Positions 30,277-40,431 of a stretch of 48,271 nucleotides of DNA are shown piece after piece (the stretch's first letter is position 1; every line of letters begins with the position of its first letter). Source of the DNA: Ferroplasmaceae archaeon UBA567 (GTDB lineage Archaea > Thermoplasmatota > Thermoplasmata > Thermoplasmatales > Thermoplasmataceae); NCBI GenBank assembly GCA_002505185.1, contig DAUP01000074.1, forward strand, positions 1 through 48,271, in the 5' to 3' direction. Under the pieces are notes generated by a model. The model searched no databases. It had not been told where the DNA came from and worked only from the letters and a program-made list of their open reading frames with translations. Made by a program: the position numbers and the translations under genes.

Positions 30277-33200
30277 CCGGTATTATCCTTATCTGAACAT
30301 TTTCTCCATCTATCTCCCATGTTTTTCCGTCACTGGATGAGGAAAATTCTATGCTTTTGCTCAAAGTTTCCTTTTGTATAAGATCTTTGAATTTATCAAT
30401 AGATTTTCTTATGTCACCTACTGCGTTGATAGTGGTTTTTATGTTTGCTGAATATTCCAGGTTGAGATCTTTTCTCATAATCTGGATTCTCCTTATGATT
30501 TCCCGGGCATATCCGGCAAGCAGCAGATCAGTGTCTATATTTTTGTTAATAAATACAGATATTCCGGTTTTTTCATCGCTGGCAAAGGCATATTCCGGGT
30601 ATGGTTCCTCATGGATCTCTAAGAATTCTTCTGTGAATTCATTTCCTCCATAGATTATTTTTCCCGTATTTTTTAATTCGCTGTATATTTCGCTACCGGA
30701 CAGATATTCTGCAAACCTGTTTGTATCTCCCCTTAATATGGGAGCTACCTTTGAGAAAACAGGTTTTAGTGTTACTTTTACAGGCCTTCCGTCAAATGGG
30801 ATAAACTTGATTTCCCTGGCGTTGAGCTCAGGAGATATTATATCAAGTATGGACTGGTTTAATTTTACGTCACTGTATACGAGTATGTCGTTTACAACCT
30901 GCCTGCCCTTTATGTTTGACTCCTGCCGCGCACGCCTGGACAACTCCATCATAGATATTGCGTATTTGAATTCTTTTTCAAGATCTGTATATATGTAAGA
31001 ACTATCAGGATCCGGATATTTTTCAGAATGTATAGTTTTTTCGGGTCCGGAAAGTTTCTGGTACATGTAATCTGAATAGAAAGGGGCAAGGGGTGCAAGC
31101 ATTTTCAGTATATTTATAAGGGTATAATACAATGTTTCGTATGCTTTCCTTTTTTCCTCATCCAGTTCCCCTTCCCAGAATCTCTTTCTGGAAAGCCTGA
31201 GATAATAATTGGAAAAATCATTGATCAGATCCATTAAATTCCTTAATGCTATGTGCATGTCAAATTCGTCCATGTTTTTCCGTACATTTTCTATGGTAGT
31301 ATTTAATCTGGAAAGAATCCATTTGTCCAGCAAGTTTTCTGGTGCCTCCAGTTCCTTGAAGACAAATCCATCAAGGTTTGCATTTGAAGCAAAAAATGAG
31401 TATACGTTCGAAAGTGTTCCAAATACCTTCCTGCTGGTATCATTTATGAGTTTTTTATCTATAGATTTTGAATTCCATGGGGCGCCAGTATAGAAGAATA
31501 ACCTTGCAGGATCAGCCCCATACATAGATATGAACTGGCTAGCTGTGACAAAGTTGCCCTTGCTCTTGCTCATTTTCTGACCTTTCTCGTCCAGGATAAA
31601 ACTCATGGACATAACGTTAGTATAGGCGTTTCTGCCGAACAGAAGGGATGCTATTACATGAAGCGTGTAGAACCATCCCCGTGTCTGGTCAATTGCTTCA
31701 GTTATAAAATCTACAGGAATGTTTTCTGTGTTGAAATTTTTATTGAATGGATAATGCATTGCGGCATAGCTTGCACTCCCTGAGTCAAACCAGGTATCTA
31801 TGACATAGGGTTCCCTGGACATAGGTTCCGAACATTCAGGGCACTTTAGTTTTACATTGTCAATGAATGGCCTGTGAAGGTCATCGGGTATATTTCCACC
31901 ATACTTTTCCAGGTCTTCCCTGCCTCCTATGGCAAGATAGTGCTCATTGGCGCATTTCCATATGGGCAGTGGTGTCCCCCAGTACCTGTTCCTGCTAAGT
32001 GCCCAGTCCTTTGCATCATCAAGGAAGTTGCCGAATCTCCCATATTTTAGGTATTCCGGATACCAGTTAACCTTATCATTGTTTTTCTTGAGAAGATCCC
32101 TTATTGTGGAAACACGGATAAACCATGCATCCAGAGGGTAGTATAAAAGCTTAGTTCCACATCTGTAGCAGAATGGGTATGTATGTTTTATTTTCTGGCT
32201 TTTAAACAGAAGTTTATTCTCTTTTAGATATCCAATTATCTCTGAATTGGTATCCATGACGAATTTATTCTTCCAGGGGACACTATTATCAAATTTTCCC
32301 TCAGAATCTACCGGATTTACAAGGTCAATATTGTATTGCTTTGCTATGTCGAAATCATCGGCACCAAATGCCGGTGCAGCATGCACTATTCCTGTACCAT
32401 CCTCTGCCGTCACAAAATCTCCGGCAACAACCTGAAGTGCATTTTTACCAACACGCAAAAAGGACATTAGCTGGTCATAACGGATGCCAACAAGATCACT
32501 GCCTTTCATGGTTTTCAGAACTTTTGGGTTCTTGAACAGCGATTGTACCATAGGGGACAGGACATAGTATTCGTTTCCATCATCTGAAACAAGAGCGTAT
32601 TCTAAATCTTTGTTAACAACAAGAAGCTCATTTGATGGCAATGTCCATGGTGTTGTTGTCCATGCTATAAGGTATCGGTTCATGCTATTCTTTACCTTGA
32701 ATTTTACATACACGGATGTGTCGTCTGTATTTTTATAACCCTGGGCAACTTCATGGGAACTCAGGGATGTTCCACATCTGGGGCAGTAGGGAACTATCTT
32801 GTAATCCTTTACAAGCATTTTATCTTCGAAAAGTTTCTTCAGGGCATACCATTCACTTTCCATATAATCGTTCCTTAGTGTTACATATGAGTCCTTTTCA
32901 TCGATCCAGTATCCTATCTCACTGTCTATGGCATTCCACTCGTCTATGTATGTAAAAACACTGTTTCTGCAGTATTCATTGAATTTTTCTATGCCAAAAT
33001 CCTCAATTTCTTTCTTTGTATTAAAACCAAAATGCTTCTCTGCCTCAAGTTCGACTGGTAAACCATGACAGTCCCAGCCACCTGTTCTCCGCCCTATGTC
33101 ATAGCCGGACATATATTTGTATCTCATAACTGTGTCCTTTACGGTTCTTGTCATAAGATGCCCTACATGCGGTCTTCCATTGGCTGTTGGTGGCCCCTCT

Positions 33201-33343
33201 AGAAATGTATATTGCTTCAAATTCCTGCTCTTATGGAGTATGTTTTCGATAATTTTATGGTCTTCCCAGTATTTCCTTATTTCTTTCTCGATATCCATCA
33301 GTGATTTGTTAACATCAATAGTCTGGTAAAAATTCGCAGTCAT
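30269..33343 (-). CDS. ileS: Isoleucine--tRNA ligase
   Basis: EGPPTANG, HVGH (HIGH), GWDCHGLPVE, WTTTPWTLP, GTGIVH, DQTRGWF and KMSKS motifs. Confidence 0.99.
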   Translation of the reverse strand: MTANFYQTIDVNKSLMDIEKEIRKYWEDHKIIENILHKSRNLKQYTFLEGPPTANGRPHVGHLMTRTVKDTVMRYKYMSGYDIGRRTGGWDCHGLPVELEAEKHFGFNTKKEIEDFGIEKFNEYCRNSVFTYIDEWNAIDSEIGYWIDEKDSYVTLRNDYMESEWYALKKLFEDKMLVKDYKIVPYCPRCGTSLSSHEVAQGYKNTDDTSVYVKFKVKNSMNRYLIAWTTTPWTLPSNELLVVNKDLEYALVSDDGNEYYVLSPMVQSLFKNPKVLKTMKGSDLVGIRYDQLMSFLRVGKNALQVVAGDFVTAEDGTGIVHAAPAFGADDFDIAKQYNIDLVNPVDSEGKFDNSVPWKNKFVMDTNSEIIGYLKENKLLFKSQKIKHTYPFCYRCGTKLLYYPLDAWFIRVSTIRDLLKKNNDKVNWYPEYLKYGRFGNFLDDAKDWALSRNRYWGTPLPIWKCANEHYLAIGGREDLEKYGGNIPDDLHRPFIDNVKLKCPECSEPMSREPYVIDTWFDSGSASYAAMHYPFNKNFNTENIPVDFITEAIDQTRGWFYTLHVIASLLFGRNAYTNVMSMSFILDEKGQKMSKSKGNFVTASQFISMYGADPARLFFYTGAPWNSKSIDKKLINDTSRKVFGTLSNVYSFFASNANLDGFVFKELEAPENLLDKWILSRLNTTIENVRKNMDEFDMHIALRNLMDLINDFSNYYLRLSRKRFWEGELDEEKRKAYETLYYTLINILKMLAPLAPFYSDYMYQKLSGPEKTIHSEKYPDPDSSYIYTDLEKEFKYAISMMELSRRARQESNIKGRQVVNDILVYSDVKLNQSILDIISPELNAREIKFIPFDGRPVKVTLKPVFSKVAPILRGDTNRFAEYLSGSEIYSELKNTGKIIYGGNEFTEEFLEIHEEPYPEYAFASDEKTGISVFINKNIDTDLLLAGYAREIIRRIQIMRKDLNLEYSANIKTTINAVGDIRKSIDKFKDLIQKETLSKSIEFSSSSDGKTWEIDGENVQIRIIPVN

Positions 33344-33463
33344 TATCCGTTGAGTAATAAAATGTATTTATTATTTTTTATAATTCCCCGGTATTAACAA
33401 AAACGCCAGCACATAAAAATATTTTTGGCCTATTTTGAGGCTTTTATTACCGGGAGATTTTTT

Positions 33464-33781
33464 TCAATTCCTGTATTTACTATATGAATATATCAGGTCT
33501 ATAAGGTTTTTCTCCATTTTCTCATTTATGGTGCCATCCTCTTTCTTTTTGATTATATAATCCTTGGCATCCTTAATCCCCTTCTTTGACGTAATGGAAT
33601 AAATGCTTCCCCTTAAAGCACCCCTGACACTATCGGGTAGATCTTTCAGTATAGTTCCCAGCATATAGTTAAATTCATCTTCCCTTCTCATATCCAGCTT
33701 TTTGGATGCTTTTTCACCATTATTTTCCCTGTAATTTTTATTTACTCTGCTTCCGTATTTCCTATATTTGTAATTGGCCAT
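33464..33781 (-). CDS. Small basic hypothetical protein
   Basis: 105-aa Lys/Arg-rich ORF with an upstream TATA-like element and no SD. No family recognised. Confidence 0.7.
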   Translation of the reverse strand: MANYKYRKYGSRVNKNYRENNGEKASKKLDMRREDEFNYMLGTILKDLPDSVRGALRGSIYSITSKKGIKDAKDYIIKKKEDGTINEKMEKNLIDLIYSYSKYRN

Positions 33782-33888
33782 TCACTTTTATAGGTTAAAT
33801 TTATATTTAATATTTGTTAATTCAGGCAAGATTTAAAATTGTATAAACATTATATATCAGGAAAAAATATAGTTTAAGGTTTGATATT

Positions 33889-34170
33889 ATGAAAATGCCA
33901 AAACAAATAAAAACTTACTGTCCATACTGCAAAAAACATACGGTACACGATGTAGAGAGGGTCCGTAAAAGAAAAGCCAGTGAATTGAGGGCCGGGCAGA
34001 GAAGATTCAGAAGGGTGACATCTGGTTATGGTGGATTCCCCAGGCCAAGATATGAGGGACGGGAAAAACCGACGAAGAGAATTGCATTGAAACTTAAATG
34101 CACTGTATGCAAGAAATCAATAACTCCTCCGACACAGAGGGCAAAGAAATTTGAAATAGTGGAGGCATAA
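33889..34170 (+). CDS. rpl44e: 50S ribosomal protein L44e
   Basis: [25 protein letters not shown] and KCTVCKK motifs. Confidence 0.98.
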   Translation: MKMPKQIKTYCPYCKKHTVHDVERVRKRKASELRAGQRRFRRVTSGYGGFPRPRYEGREKPTKRIALKLKCTVCKKSITPPTQRAKKFEIVEA

Positions 34171-34172
34171 AA

Positions 34173-34373
34173 ATGGCAGATGAATTTACAAAATTGAAGG
34201 ACACGGGAAATAATTTCCTTAAAATAAAATGCAAAAGCTGCGGGAATGAACAGATTGTTTATTCAAAGATCTCTTCTGTGGTTGTCTGTAACATTTGTGG
34301 GTCAACCATAGCAAAACCAACAGGGTCAACACTAGCCACATCAGGAGAATTTGTGGAAAGGGTAAAATTGTAG
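34173..34373 (+). CDS. rps27e: 30S ribosomal protein S27e
   Basis: FLKIKCKSCGNEQIVYS and CNICG..IAKPTG Zn finger. Confidence 0.97.
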   Translation: MADEFTKLKDTGNNFLKIKCKSCGNEQIVYSKISSVVVCNICGSTIAKPTGSTLATSGEFVERVKL

Positions 34374-34380
34374 GCCAGTT

Positions 34381-35142
34381 ATGTCCAGAGATATACCCGA
34401 ACAGGGAGATTTGGTAGTTGTTACGATAAGAGAAGTACAGAATTACGGGGCTATTGTCCAGCTTGATGAGTATCCCGGGGTTTCTGGATTTATACATATA
34501 GCCGAAGTTGCAACTGGCTGGATAAAACACATTAAGGATTTTGTAAGGGTTAACCAGAGAACAGTATGCAAGGTATTAAATGTAGACAACAACAGAAGGC
34601 ATGTTGACCTCTCACTCAAAAGGGTAAACGAACATCAAAAAAGGGAAAAAATAGAGGAATGGAAGAACGACCAGAAGGCATACAAGCTGCTGGAAATTGT
34701 GGCCAGGGAAGCAAACATAACAGATAAAGGAGTAATAAAGAATATAGAAGATTATCTGATATCTGAGTACGGTAGTGTTTATGATGCATTTTTTGATGCA
34801 GCTTCCAATAAGGACTTTTTGAAGGATAAAAATGAACCATGGAAAAACATATTTATAAAAGTCTCAAAGGAGAATATATCGATTCCCATGGTAAAAATTG
34901 GAGGTGAAATTGATATGTACTCACTGGCCTCCAACGGAATTGATCTTATAAAAAATGCCCTTGATACTGGAGACACAAAAAATATAGGGATAACATATGC
35001 AGGATCGCCAAAATACAGAATTTCTGTTGTGGATGAGGACTATAAATCTGCAGAGGAAAAACTCAAAAATGTTTTAGAGATGATTTCAACCAGATGCAAA
35101 AAAAATAATATATCCTATAGTTTTGCAAGGGATGAACAATGA
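34381..35142 (+). CDS. eif2a: Translation initiation factor 2 subunit alpha
   Basis: S1 domain PEQGDLVV...GFIHIAEVATGWIK...VDLSLKRV and YAGSPKYRI; conserved operon position. Confidence 0.97.
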   Translation: MSRDIPEQGDLVVVTIREVQNYGAIVQLDEYPGVSGFIHIAEVATGWIKHIKDFVRVNQRTVCKVLNVDNNRRHVDLSLKRVNEHQKREKIEEWKNDQKAYKLLEIVAREANITDKGVIKNIEDYLISEYGSVYDAFFDAASNKDFLKDKNEPWKNIFIKVSKENISIPMVKIGGEIDMYSLASNGIDLIKNALDTGDTKNIGITYAGSPKYRISVVDEDYKSAEEKLKNVLEMISTRCKKNNISYSFARDEQ

Positions 35143-35318
35143 AAACGCTCATAATGAAATGTCCGTCCTGCGGGTTGTATACAATGAAAAATATATGTAC
35201 ACACTGTGGTGCAGTAACAGTAATGGCTATCCCTATGAAATACTCACCTGCGGATAAATTCCAGAAATACAGGATAAAGATGCTGGAGGAAAAAAATAAT
35301 GGAAAAGATAATGATTAA
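35139..35318 (+). CDS. nop10: H/ACA RNP protein Nop10 (not in the ORF track)
   Basis: Manual translation gives MKTLIMKCPSCGLYTMKNICTHCGAVTVMAIPMKYSPADKFQKYRIKMLEEKNNGKDND*, with a Zn ribbon and PxKYSPxDK motif. ATGA overlap with eIF2alpha. Confidence 0.95.
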   Translation: MKTLIMKCPSCGLYTMKNICTHCGAVTVMAIPMKYSPADKFQKYRIKMLEEKNNGKDND

Positions 35319-36051
35319 GAACTATGAGGAGCCCGAATTGAACTCCCCCATATTTGTGGGCGGTCTCCCGGGTATTGGAAACGTGGGAAAAATAGCTGCA
35401 GATTATTTTGTAGATAAATTAAAAATGAAGAAGATGGCTGATATATACTCAGAATTCCTTCCCCCACAGGTATTTATAAACAACAATGTGGTGCATCTTG
35501 TAAGAGAATCACTTTATTATAAAAAAACTGGCAGGAAGAATGACCTTATTTTTCTCACCGGCGACTTTCAGGGGACAACGCAGGAAGGACAGTACGAACT
35601 TTCCTTCAGGACACTTGAGTTGCTGAAAAAATATAAGGTTTCAATGGTTTATACCCTTGGTGGCTACAGCGTCGGGAAGATTGTTGACGAACCCAGGGTG
35701 CTTGGAGCTGTCACAGATAAGAAACTTGTAGGACCTTTGATGCGCAATGGGGTAGTTTTTCCAGAGGGCGAGCCCAGTGGTGGAATAGTTGGTTCTGCAG
35801 GATTGATTCTTGGCATGGGCACAGAGCTATTTTCTATACCGGGAGCATGCTTCATGGGTGAGACGTCCGGATACTTTGCCGACCCGAAGAGTGCAAGGGA
35901 GATAATAACAGTTCTATCAAAGGTTCTTAAGACAAGGATAAATCTCAAGGATATTGATGAAAAAACAAGGCAACTTGAGGACATAACAGAAAAAATGCGC
36001 CAGGAAGCCCAGAATAAAACTTCAAAGGATGACCTTGGTTATTTCGGATGA
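35299..36051 (+). CDS. Proteasome assembly chaperone PAC2-family protein
   Basis: GGLPGIGNVGKIA, FLPPQV, YTLGGY, GGIVGSAGL, MGETSGY..DP and a C-terminal GYFG; canonical position after nop10. Confidence 0.93.
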   Translation: MEKIMIKNYEEPELNSPIFVGGLPGIGNVGKIAADYFVDKLKMKKMADIYSEFLPPQVFINNNVVHLVRESLYYKKTGRKNDLIFLTGDFQGTTQEGQYELSFRTLELLKKYKVSMVYTLGGYSVGKIVDEPRVLGAVTDKKLVGPLMRNGVVFPEGEPSGGIVGSAGLILGMGTELFSIPGACFMGETSGYFADPKSAREIITVLSKVLKTRINLKDIDEKTRQLEDITEKMRQEAQNKTSKDDLGYFG

Positions 36052-36090
36052 ATATTTTACATTTTTATATTGGAACAGCATTTCCTATTA

Positions 36091-36708
36091 ATGAAAGCCG
36101 AAGTTTTTAAACCAGGCAACATTAAGAAACTGAAAAAGGATTTTGAAGAAATTAATGAATGTGATAAGCCTGTATACTATGTAGTAATCAATCTTTTTGA
36201 CGCTTTTCCAGGCAGGATTTCAGCCATAAAGGTGTACAAAGACAGCGACATAGACCTGAAGATAAGGCTGGGCAACAAGGATTACAGATACATAAAAATA
36301 CTGAAATCAAAATCCGGGATGTTCGAGATCATGAGATTACCTCTTGATGAAAGGAAGATAGGAAAAAACAGCCTGTATGATATGATCAGGAGGGATGTGA
36401 AATCAGGAGACCAGCTTACAAGGGAAACAAGAAATGAAATATTGAAATACATTGATTTTAACAGAAACAGAAAAAAATTGCTGTATATACTCAGCGACAG
36501 CGAAAATAAAAATTATTACATAATGAAGGAAACAACAATTAAGGACATAGTAGTCCATGACATTGAATACATGTATTCAAAGGACAGCTCATATAGAATA
36601 TACAACGGCACCATCCCTGCTAAATTTATTGGGGATTACTGGACAAGCTATCTTAAAAGAAGAAAAAAGACAGAGATGGATGTGTGGAAATCTTTAATAA
36701 CACAATGA
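36091..36708 (+). CDS. Hypothetical basic protein
   Basis: 205-aa soluble ORF with normal coding composition. No family recognised. ATG 36091 preferred to TTG 36070. Confidence 0.75.
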   Translation: MKAEVFKPGNIKKLKKDFEEINECDKPVYYVVINLFDAFPGRISAIKVYKDSDIDLKIRLGNKDYRYIKILKSKSGMFEIMRLPLDERKIGKNSLYDMIRRDVKSGDQLTRETRNEILKYIDFNRNRKKLLYILSDSENKNYYIMKETTIKDIVVHDIEYMYSKDSSYRIYNGTIPAKFIGDYWTSYLKRRKKTEMDVWKSLITQ

Positions 36709-36771
36709 ATTTTTTATATAAAAGAGTTAAAATCTGATACAAAAAATTATTAAATGCAGTGCTTATATGCA

Positions 36772-38040
36772 ATGATGGATTATGATGTTGACGTTGCGGT
36801 TATTGGCGGAGGGCTCGCCGGAATTTCTGCGGCAATTACTGCTGCAAAAAATGGCCTTTCCGTTATAGTTCTCGAACGTGGGGAACATTCAGGATCAAAA
36901 AATGTATCCGGCGGCAGAATGTATATACACTCATTAAAGAAACTTCTTGGGGACCATTATAGGGATGCCCCTCTGGAACTCCCCATAAAAAAGGAAACAT
37001 TCGAGATTTATACCGGGAATCACAAAGCAAGTTTTTCTTTTGAAAATAAGGATAGTGAAAACAGCTATTCTATACTCAGGTCAAAATTTGATGCGTGGTT
37101 CGCATCTGAAGCAGAAAACCTTGGAGTTCCCATATCCTATTCCACACTTGTGTCAGGAATAGACAGGGAGAACGAAGGCCTTGTTGTTAGAAGTGACAGG
37201 GGAGACATAAAAACGCCCTTGGTTATTGAGGGTGACGGAGCTACAGCATTTGCATCCAGGTATTTGGGACTCAGGCAGGAAAAATCATTTAAAATGCAGC
37301 CTGTGGAAAATCTTCAGAACAACCAGGATTTCATGCCAAAGCAGTTCATGCTCGGTGTAAAGGAGATAATAGATAAAAAACCTGAAGGTGATTACGGGGA
37401 AGCAAAAACTATACTTGGGCTTTCTGATGGGATAAAGGGTGGTGGATTTTCCTATACAAATAAAGAGACAACTTCCATAGGGCTTACACTGAAACTGGAT
37501 TCTCTTGAAGGCCATGATGAAAAATCATTTGAAATTATAGAAGATTTCAGGGAAAAACTTGGGATTGAGGGAAAGTTGTTGGAATACTCGGCACACATGA
37601 TTCCATTTTACAAATTTGAAACACTTCCAAGAAGATACGCAGATAACATCCTTGTCACTGGGGACGCTGCGGGGTTCCTTATTAATGACGGGTTTACAAT
37701 CAGGGGCATGGACAATGCAATTGAATCTGGCCGCCTTGCCGGTGAAGCCGCAAAGAAAATAAAAGATTCGGGCAATTTCAATGATACCTTTGTATACGAA
37801 CAGATGCTGGAAGACAGCTTTATACTGACGGACATGCAGGCTGCCTCAAGGATTTCCACATTATTTGGAAACGAAAGGACATTTGATGCCTATCCCAAAA
37901 TAATGGCCGGCATACTGGAAAGAATGTTCACGGTAACTGGCAACCCCCGGGAAAATATAAAAAATGTCATGATGGACGAGATTAAAAAGAACAACATTGG
38001 TTATTATACATTGTTGCAGGACATGCTGAAGGTGATATGA
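36772..38040 (+). CDS. fixC: FixC-like FAD oxidoreductase (ETF:quinone oxidoreductase)
   Basis: GGGLAG, ERGEHSGSKNVSGGRMY, LRSKFDAW, LGVKE, EYSAHMIP, GDAAGF and RGMDNAIESG motifs; overlaps fixX. Confidence 0.9.
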   Translation: MMDYDVDVAVIGGGLAGISAAITAAKNGLSVIVLERGEHSGSKNVSGGRMYIHSLKKLLGDHYRDAPLELPIKKETFEIYTGNHKASFSFENKDSENSYSILRSKFDAWFASEAENLGVPISYSTLVSGIDRENEGLVVRSDRGDIKTPLVIEGDGATAFASRYLGLRQEKSFKMQPVENLQNNQDFMPKQFMLGVKEIIDKKPEGDYGEAKTILGLSDGIKGGGFSYTNKETTSIGLTLKLDSLEGHDEKSFEIIEDFREKLGIEGKLLEYSAHMIPFYKFETLPRRYADNILVTGDAAGFLINDGFTIRGMDNAIESGRLAGEAAKKIKDSGNFNDTFVYEQMLEDSFILTDMQAASRISTLFGNERTFDAYPKIMAGILERMFTVTGNPRENIKNVMMDEIKKNNIGYYTLLQDMLKVI

Positions 38041-38306
38041 TGGATTTGATAAAGAGACTTGGACTGAATAAAAATGAGGTTGGAAACCAGAGCCACATAG
38101 AAGTTAATACCAGTATATGCAAAACATGCATTGATAAACCATGCATAAGGGTCTGCCCGGCTGGAACATATGAGGAGGATAAGGAAAAGGGTATAACAGT
38201 TCATTATGAACGATGCCTGGAATGCGGTGCAGCACTGTATGCATGCCCCTTCGGTGCCCTGGAATTCAAGTACCCTGAAAAGGGTGTGAGCTATATATAT
38301 GGATAA
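38037..38306 (+). CDS. fixX: FixX-like ferredoxin
   Basis: SHIEV, CKTC..KPC..VCPAG, ERCLECG, CPFGAL.FKYP..GV.Y.YG motifs. Confidence 0.92.
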   Translation: MMDLIKRLGLNKNEVGNQSHIEVNTSICKTCIDKPCIRVCPAGTYEEDKEKGITVHYERCLECGAALYACPFGALEFKYPEKGVSYIYG

Positions 38307-38357
38307 ATTATAAATTTTTTAACATAAGCTGGAATCACATGAACTGGTTATGCCGCT

Positions 38358-39749
38358 TCACTGTTTTTCCCTACCTGTTACAATTTCCTTTCTGCAGCTG
38401 CATGATCTGAAATCACAGGATTTTATTGCAAACTCCGGGCACATGTCAAGAATCATTGGTGTTCTTCCTGCAACGGCTTTTTCAATATTTTCTATTGATT
38501 TCCTGCATAAGCTGATAATCCTGTCTATATCAAACAGGACATCGTGCACCATAACAGTGTTTTCAAGCCTTGGGTACACAACTATTATGAGACCCTCCCT
38601 CATATTGCGCCTGGCACATGTTATTGCCAGTTCGGAATAATATGTCTCAGGAATGCTGTTCGGATATTTTGAATTGTTGACCTTCAGCAGGTAAGGGACT
38701 ATGGAGTTTTCATCATAGATGTTTTTTATTATATACTTGTCATCTCCATAGAGCGGCAGTGTAGATACCTTATTGATCTGTGCTTTCTCAGTTCCACTCA
38801 CGCTCAGAATAGAACTGTTTATGGATTCCATTGCAAAGAATTTTATGTTATTCTTCTCATAAAAAGAATCGGGAATTTGACCGGAATTTTCCATGGTTCT
38901 TGAATCACCGGTAATTTTGTGGTAATATTTTCTTGGATATATAAGATCGTAAAATCTTAAATCAATGGAACTTCTACCTTCTCCATATATTTCCTGAAGA
39001 CGGGATTCCAGATCCCTGTCCTCCTCCACTCTGGCCACATTTTTAACCCATGAAGAATCACCAGGCCGGAGGGAATGGCACGGGCATATTTTAGCTTCCG
39101 AATAGGGGCATCCGTATCCAAAGTATGAGCAGCGGGGAAAATCTCCTATATCCCCATTATCCATTGCTCTTGTTATAAGGGAGAATCGGTAGACCATCTC
39201 ATCTTCCACTGCGCCACGGTCATATATGGAAACCCTGTAAACATAAAACTTTTCATCTGAGAAGAATACCAGATAATTGTCTGTGGTGAAATTTCTGTTC
39301 ATGGCAGCATAGAAAAGCAACTGTTCCAGGTCTGAACTGTAAACGCTGTATATATTTTCCATGCTGATCCGGTCAAAATGTTTAGTCTTGAATTCAACAA
39401 TGGAATCATAAAGTGTGAAATCAGCCCTGCCAACCACATTCAATCCCATCTGTGCACCGGTCAGTATGACTTCAGACCCCGAGAATCCGGGCAGCCTTTC
39501 AAACCACTGCCTGGCAAGGAAATGTATTTCTTCACCGTTTTTCATTCTGGATTCCACGTTTTCAGGCATGGGAACATCTGGATATTTTCTGGAAAAATAT
39601 GAACGTGTTGGGTTTATGAGGTCGGTCACATAGAGATATTCCGGAATCTGGAAATTTTTTATTTTTATTTTATCCTCCAGTATCTGTGAAATATAGGTAT
39701 TTACTATTTCACCACTTATGGACGACTTAATTTCCCTTAATAATGACAT
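38358..39749 (-). CDS. Stand-alone Cas4-like PD-(D/E)xK nuclease with two tandem domains
   Basis: N-domain has YVTDLINP, GEEIH, E, GRAD, IVEFKT, EQLLFY and a C-x6-C-x7-C-x-C cluster. C-domain repeats FYDLIYPRKYY and a C-x7-C-x4-C-x-C cluster. Start moved to ATG 39749. Confidence 0.75.
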   Translation of the reverse strand: MSLLREIKSSISGEIVNTYISQILEDKIKIKNFQIPEYLYVTDLINPTRSYFSRKYPDVPMPENVESRMKNGEEIHFLARQWFERLPGFSGSEVILTGAQMGLNVVGRADFTLYDSIVEFKTKHFDRISMENIYSVYSSDLEQLLFYAAMNRNFTTDNYLVFFSDEKFYVYRVSIYDRGAVEDEMVYRFSLITRAMDNGDIGDFPRCSYFGYGCPYSEAKICPCHSLRPGDSSWVKNVARVEEDRDLESRLQEIYGEGRSSIDLRFYDLIYPRKYYHKITGDSRTMENSGQIPDSFYEKNNIKFFAMESINSSILSVSGTEKAQINKVSTLPLYGDDKYIIKNIYDENSIVPYLLKVNNSKYPNSIPETYYSELAITCARRNMREGLIIVVYPRLENTVMVHDVLFDIDRIISLCRKSIENIEKAVAGRTPMILDMCPEFAIKSCDFRSCSCRKEIVTGREKQ

Positions 39750-39783
39750 ATTTATATATTGATACAAGCTTAAAAAATTTTCT

Positions 39784-40431
39784 TTAAGGTATTGAGAATT
39801 TTCCTTCATGTCTTTTCAGCATTTTCAATGCTGCAATGTTTTCCAAAACTTCCTCCAGGTCAATATCTTCAACATTCAAACCATAGTTTTCAGCCAGTTT
39901 TTCTTTCAACTCCCCAACTCCAACAGGAGCATCCATGAATTTCTTTGAAAGGTTATAGGTATCCTCATAAACGTTCCATGGAAAGACAAACCATGCCCAC
40001 TCTTCCTTTGAAAGTCCCTTACCATAAAAATCCGGGGTATAGTTTGAACCATCTATGTAAAGCATGGATGTTGTTTTTACATCAGCTGGATTAAGGGATT
40101 TGACATAATTGTAAGAAAGTTTCATGCTTTCACCTGTATCAGTTATATCGTCCACTATGAGAACCTTCTTCCCACTAACATCATAGTTTAACTTTTCCCT
40201 GAGAACAGCCTTTCCGTTCATTGTTGCCGTCAATCCCCAGTGTTCTGTCTTTATGGACAGAAGATCTTTTTTAAACAGGTAATCGGCAACCATTCTTGCA
40301 GGAACAAGTCCCCCACGGGCTATACCTATAATAATATCGGGATTGTAATGATTCTCTATAACCATTTTCATAATTCCCTTAGTCCATTCTTCTATTTCCT
40401 TCCATGAAACATATGTAGCTTTGAATTCCAT
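39784..40431 (-). CDS. Type I phosphoribosyltransferase (archaeal purine PRTase-like)
   Basis: IARGGLVPAR, EHWG, VLIVDDITDTGES PRPP loop and WFVFPWN. Confidence 0.92.
   Translation of the reverse strand: MEFKATYVSWKEIEEWTKGIMKMVIENHYNPDIIIGIARGGLVPARMVADYLFKKDLLSIKTEHWGLTATMNGKAVLREKLNYDVSGKKVLIVDDITDTGESMKLSYNYVKSLNPADVKTTSMLYIDGSNYTPDFYGKGLSKEEWAWFVFPWNVYEDTYNLSKKFMDAPVGVGELKEKLAENYGLNVEDIDLEEVLENIAALKMLKRHEGKFSIP

Noticed and set aside
38358-40431. Reading the Cas4-like gene as part of a CRISPR-Cas locus, or the PRTase + nuclease pair as a defence operon
   Set aside because: No repeat-spacer array or other cas genes are present. The PRTase looks like the ordinary purine-salvage type, and the nuclease gene seems to have its own TATA element.
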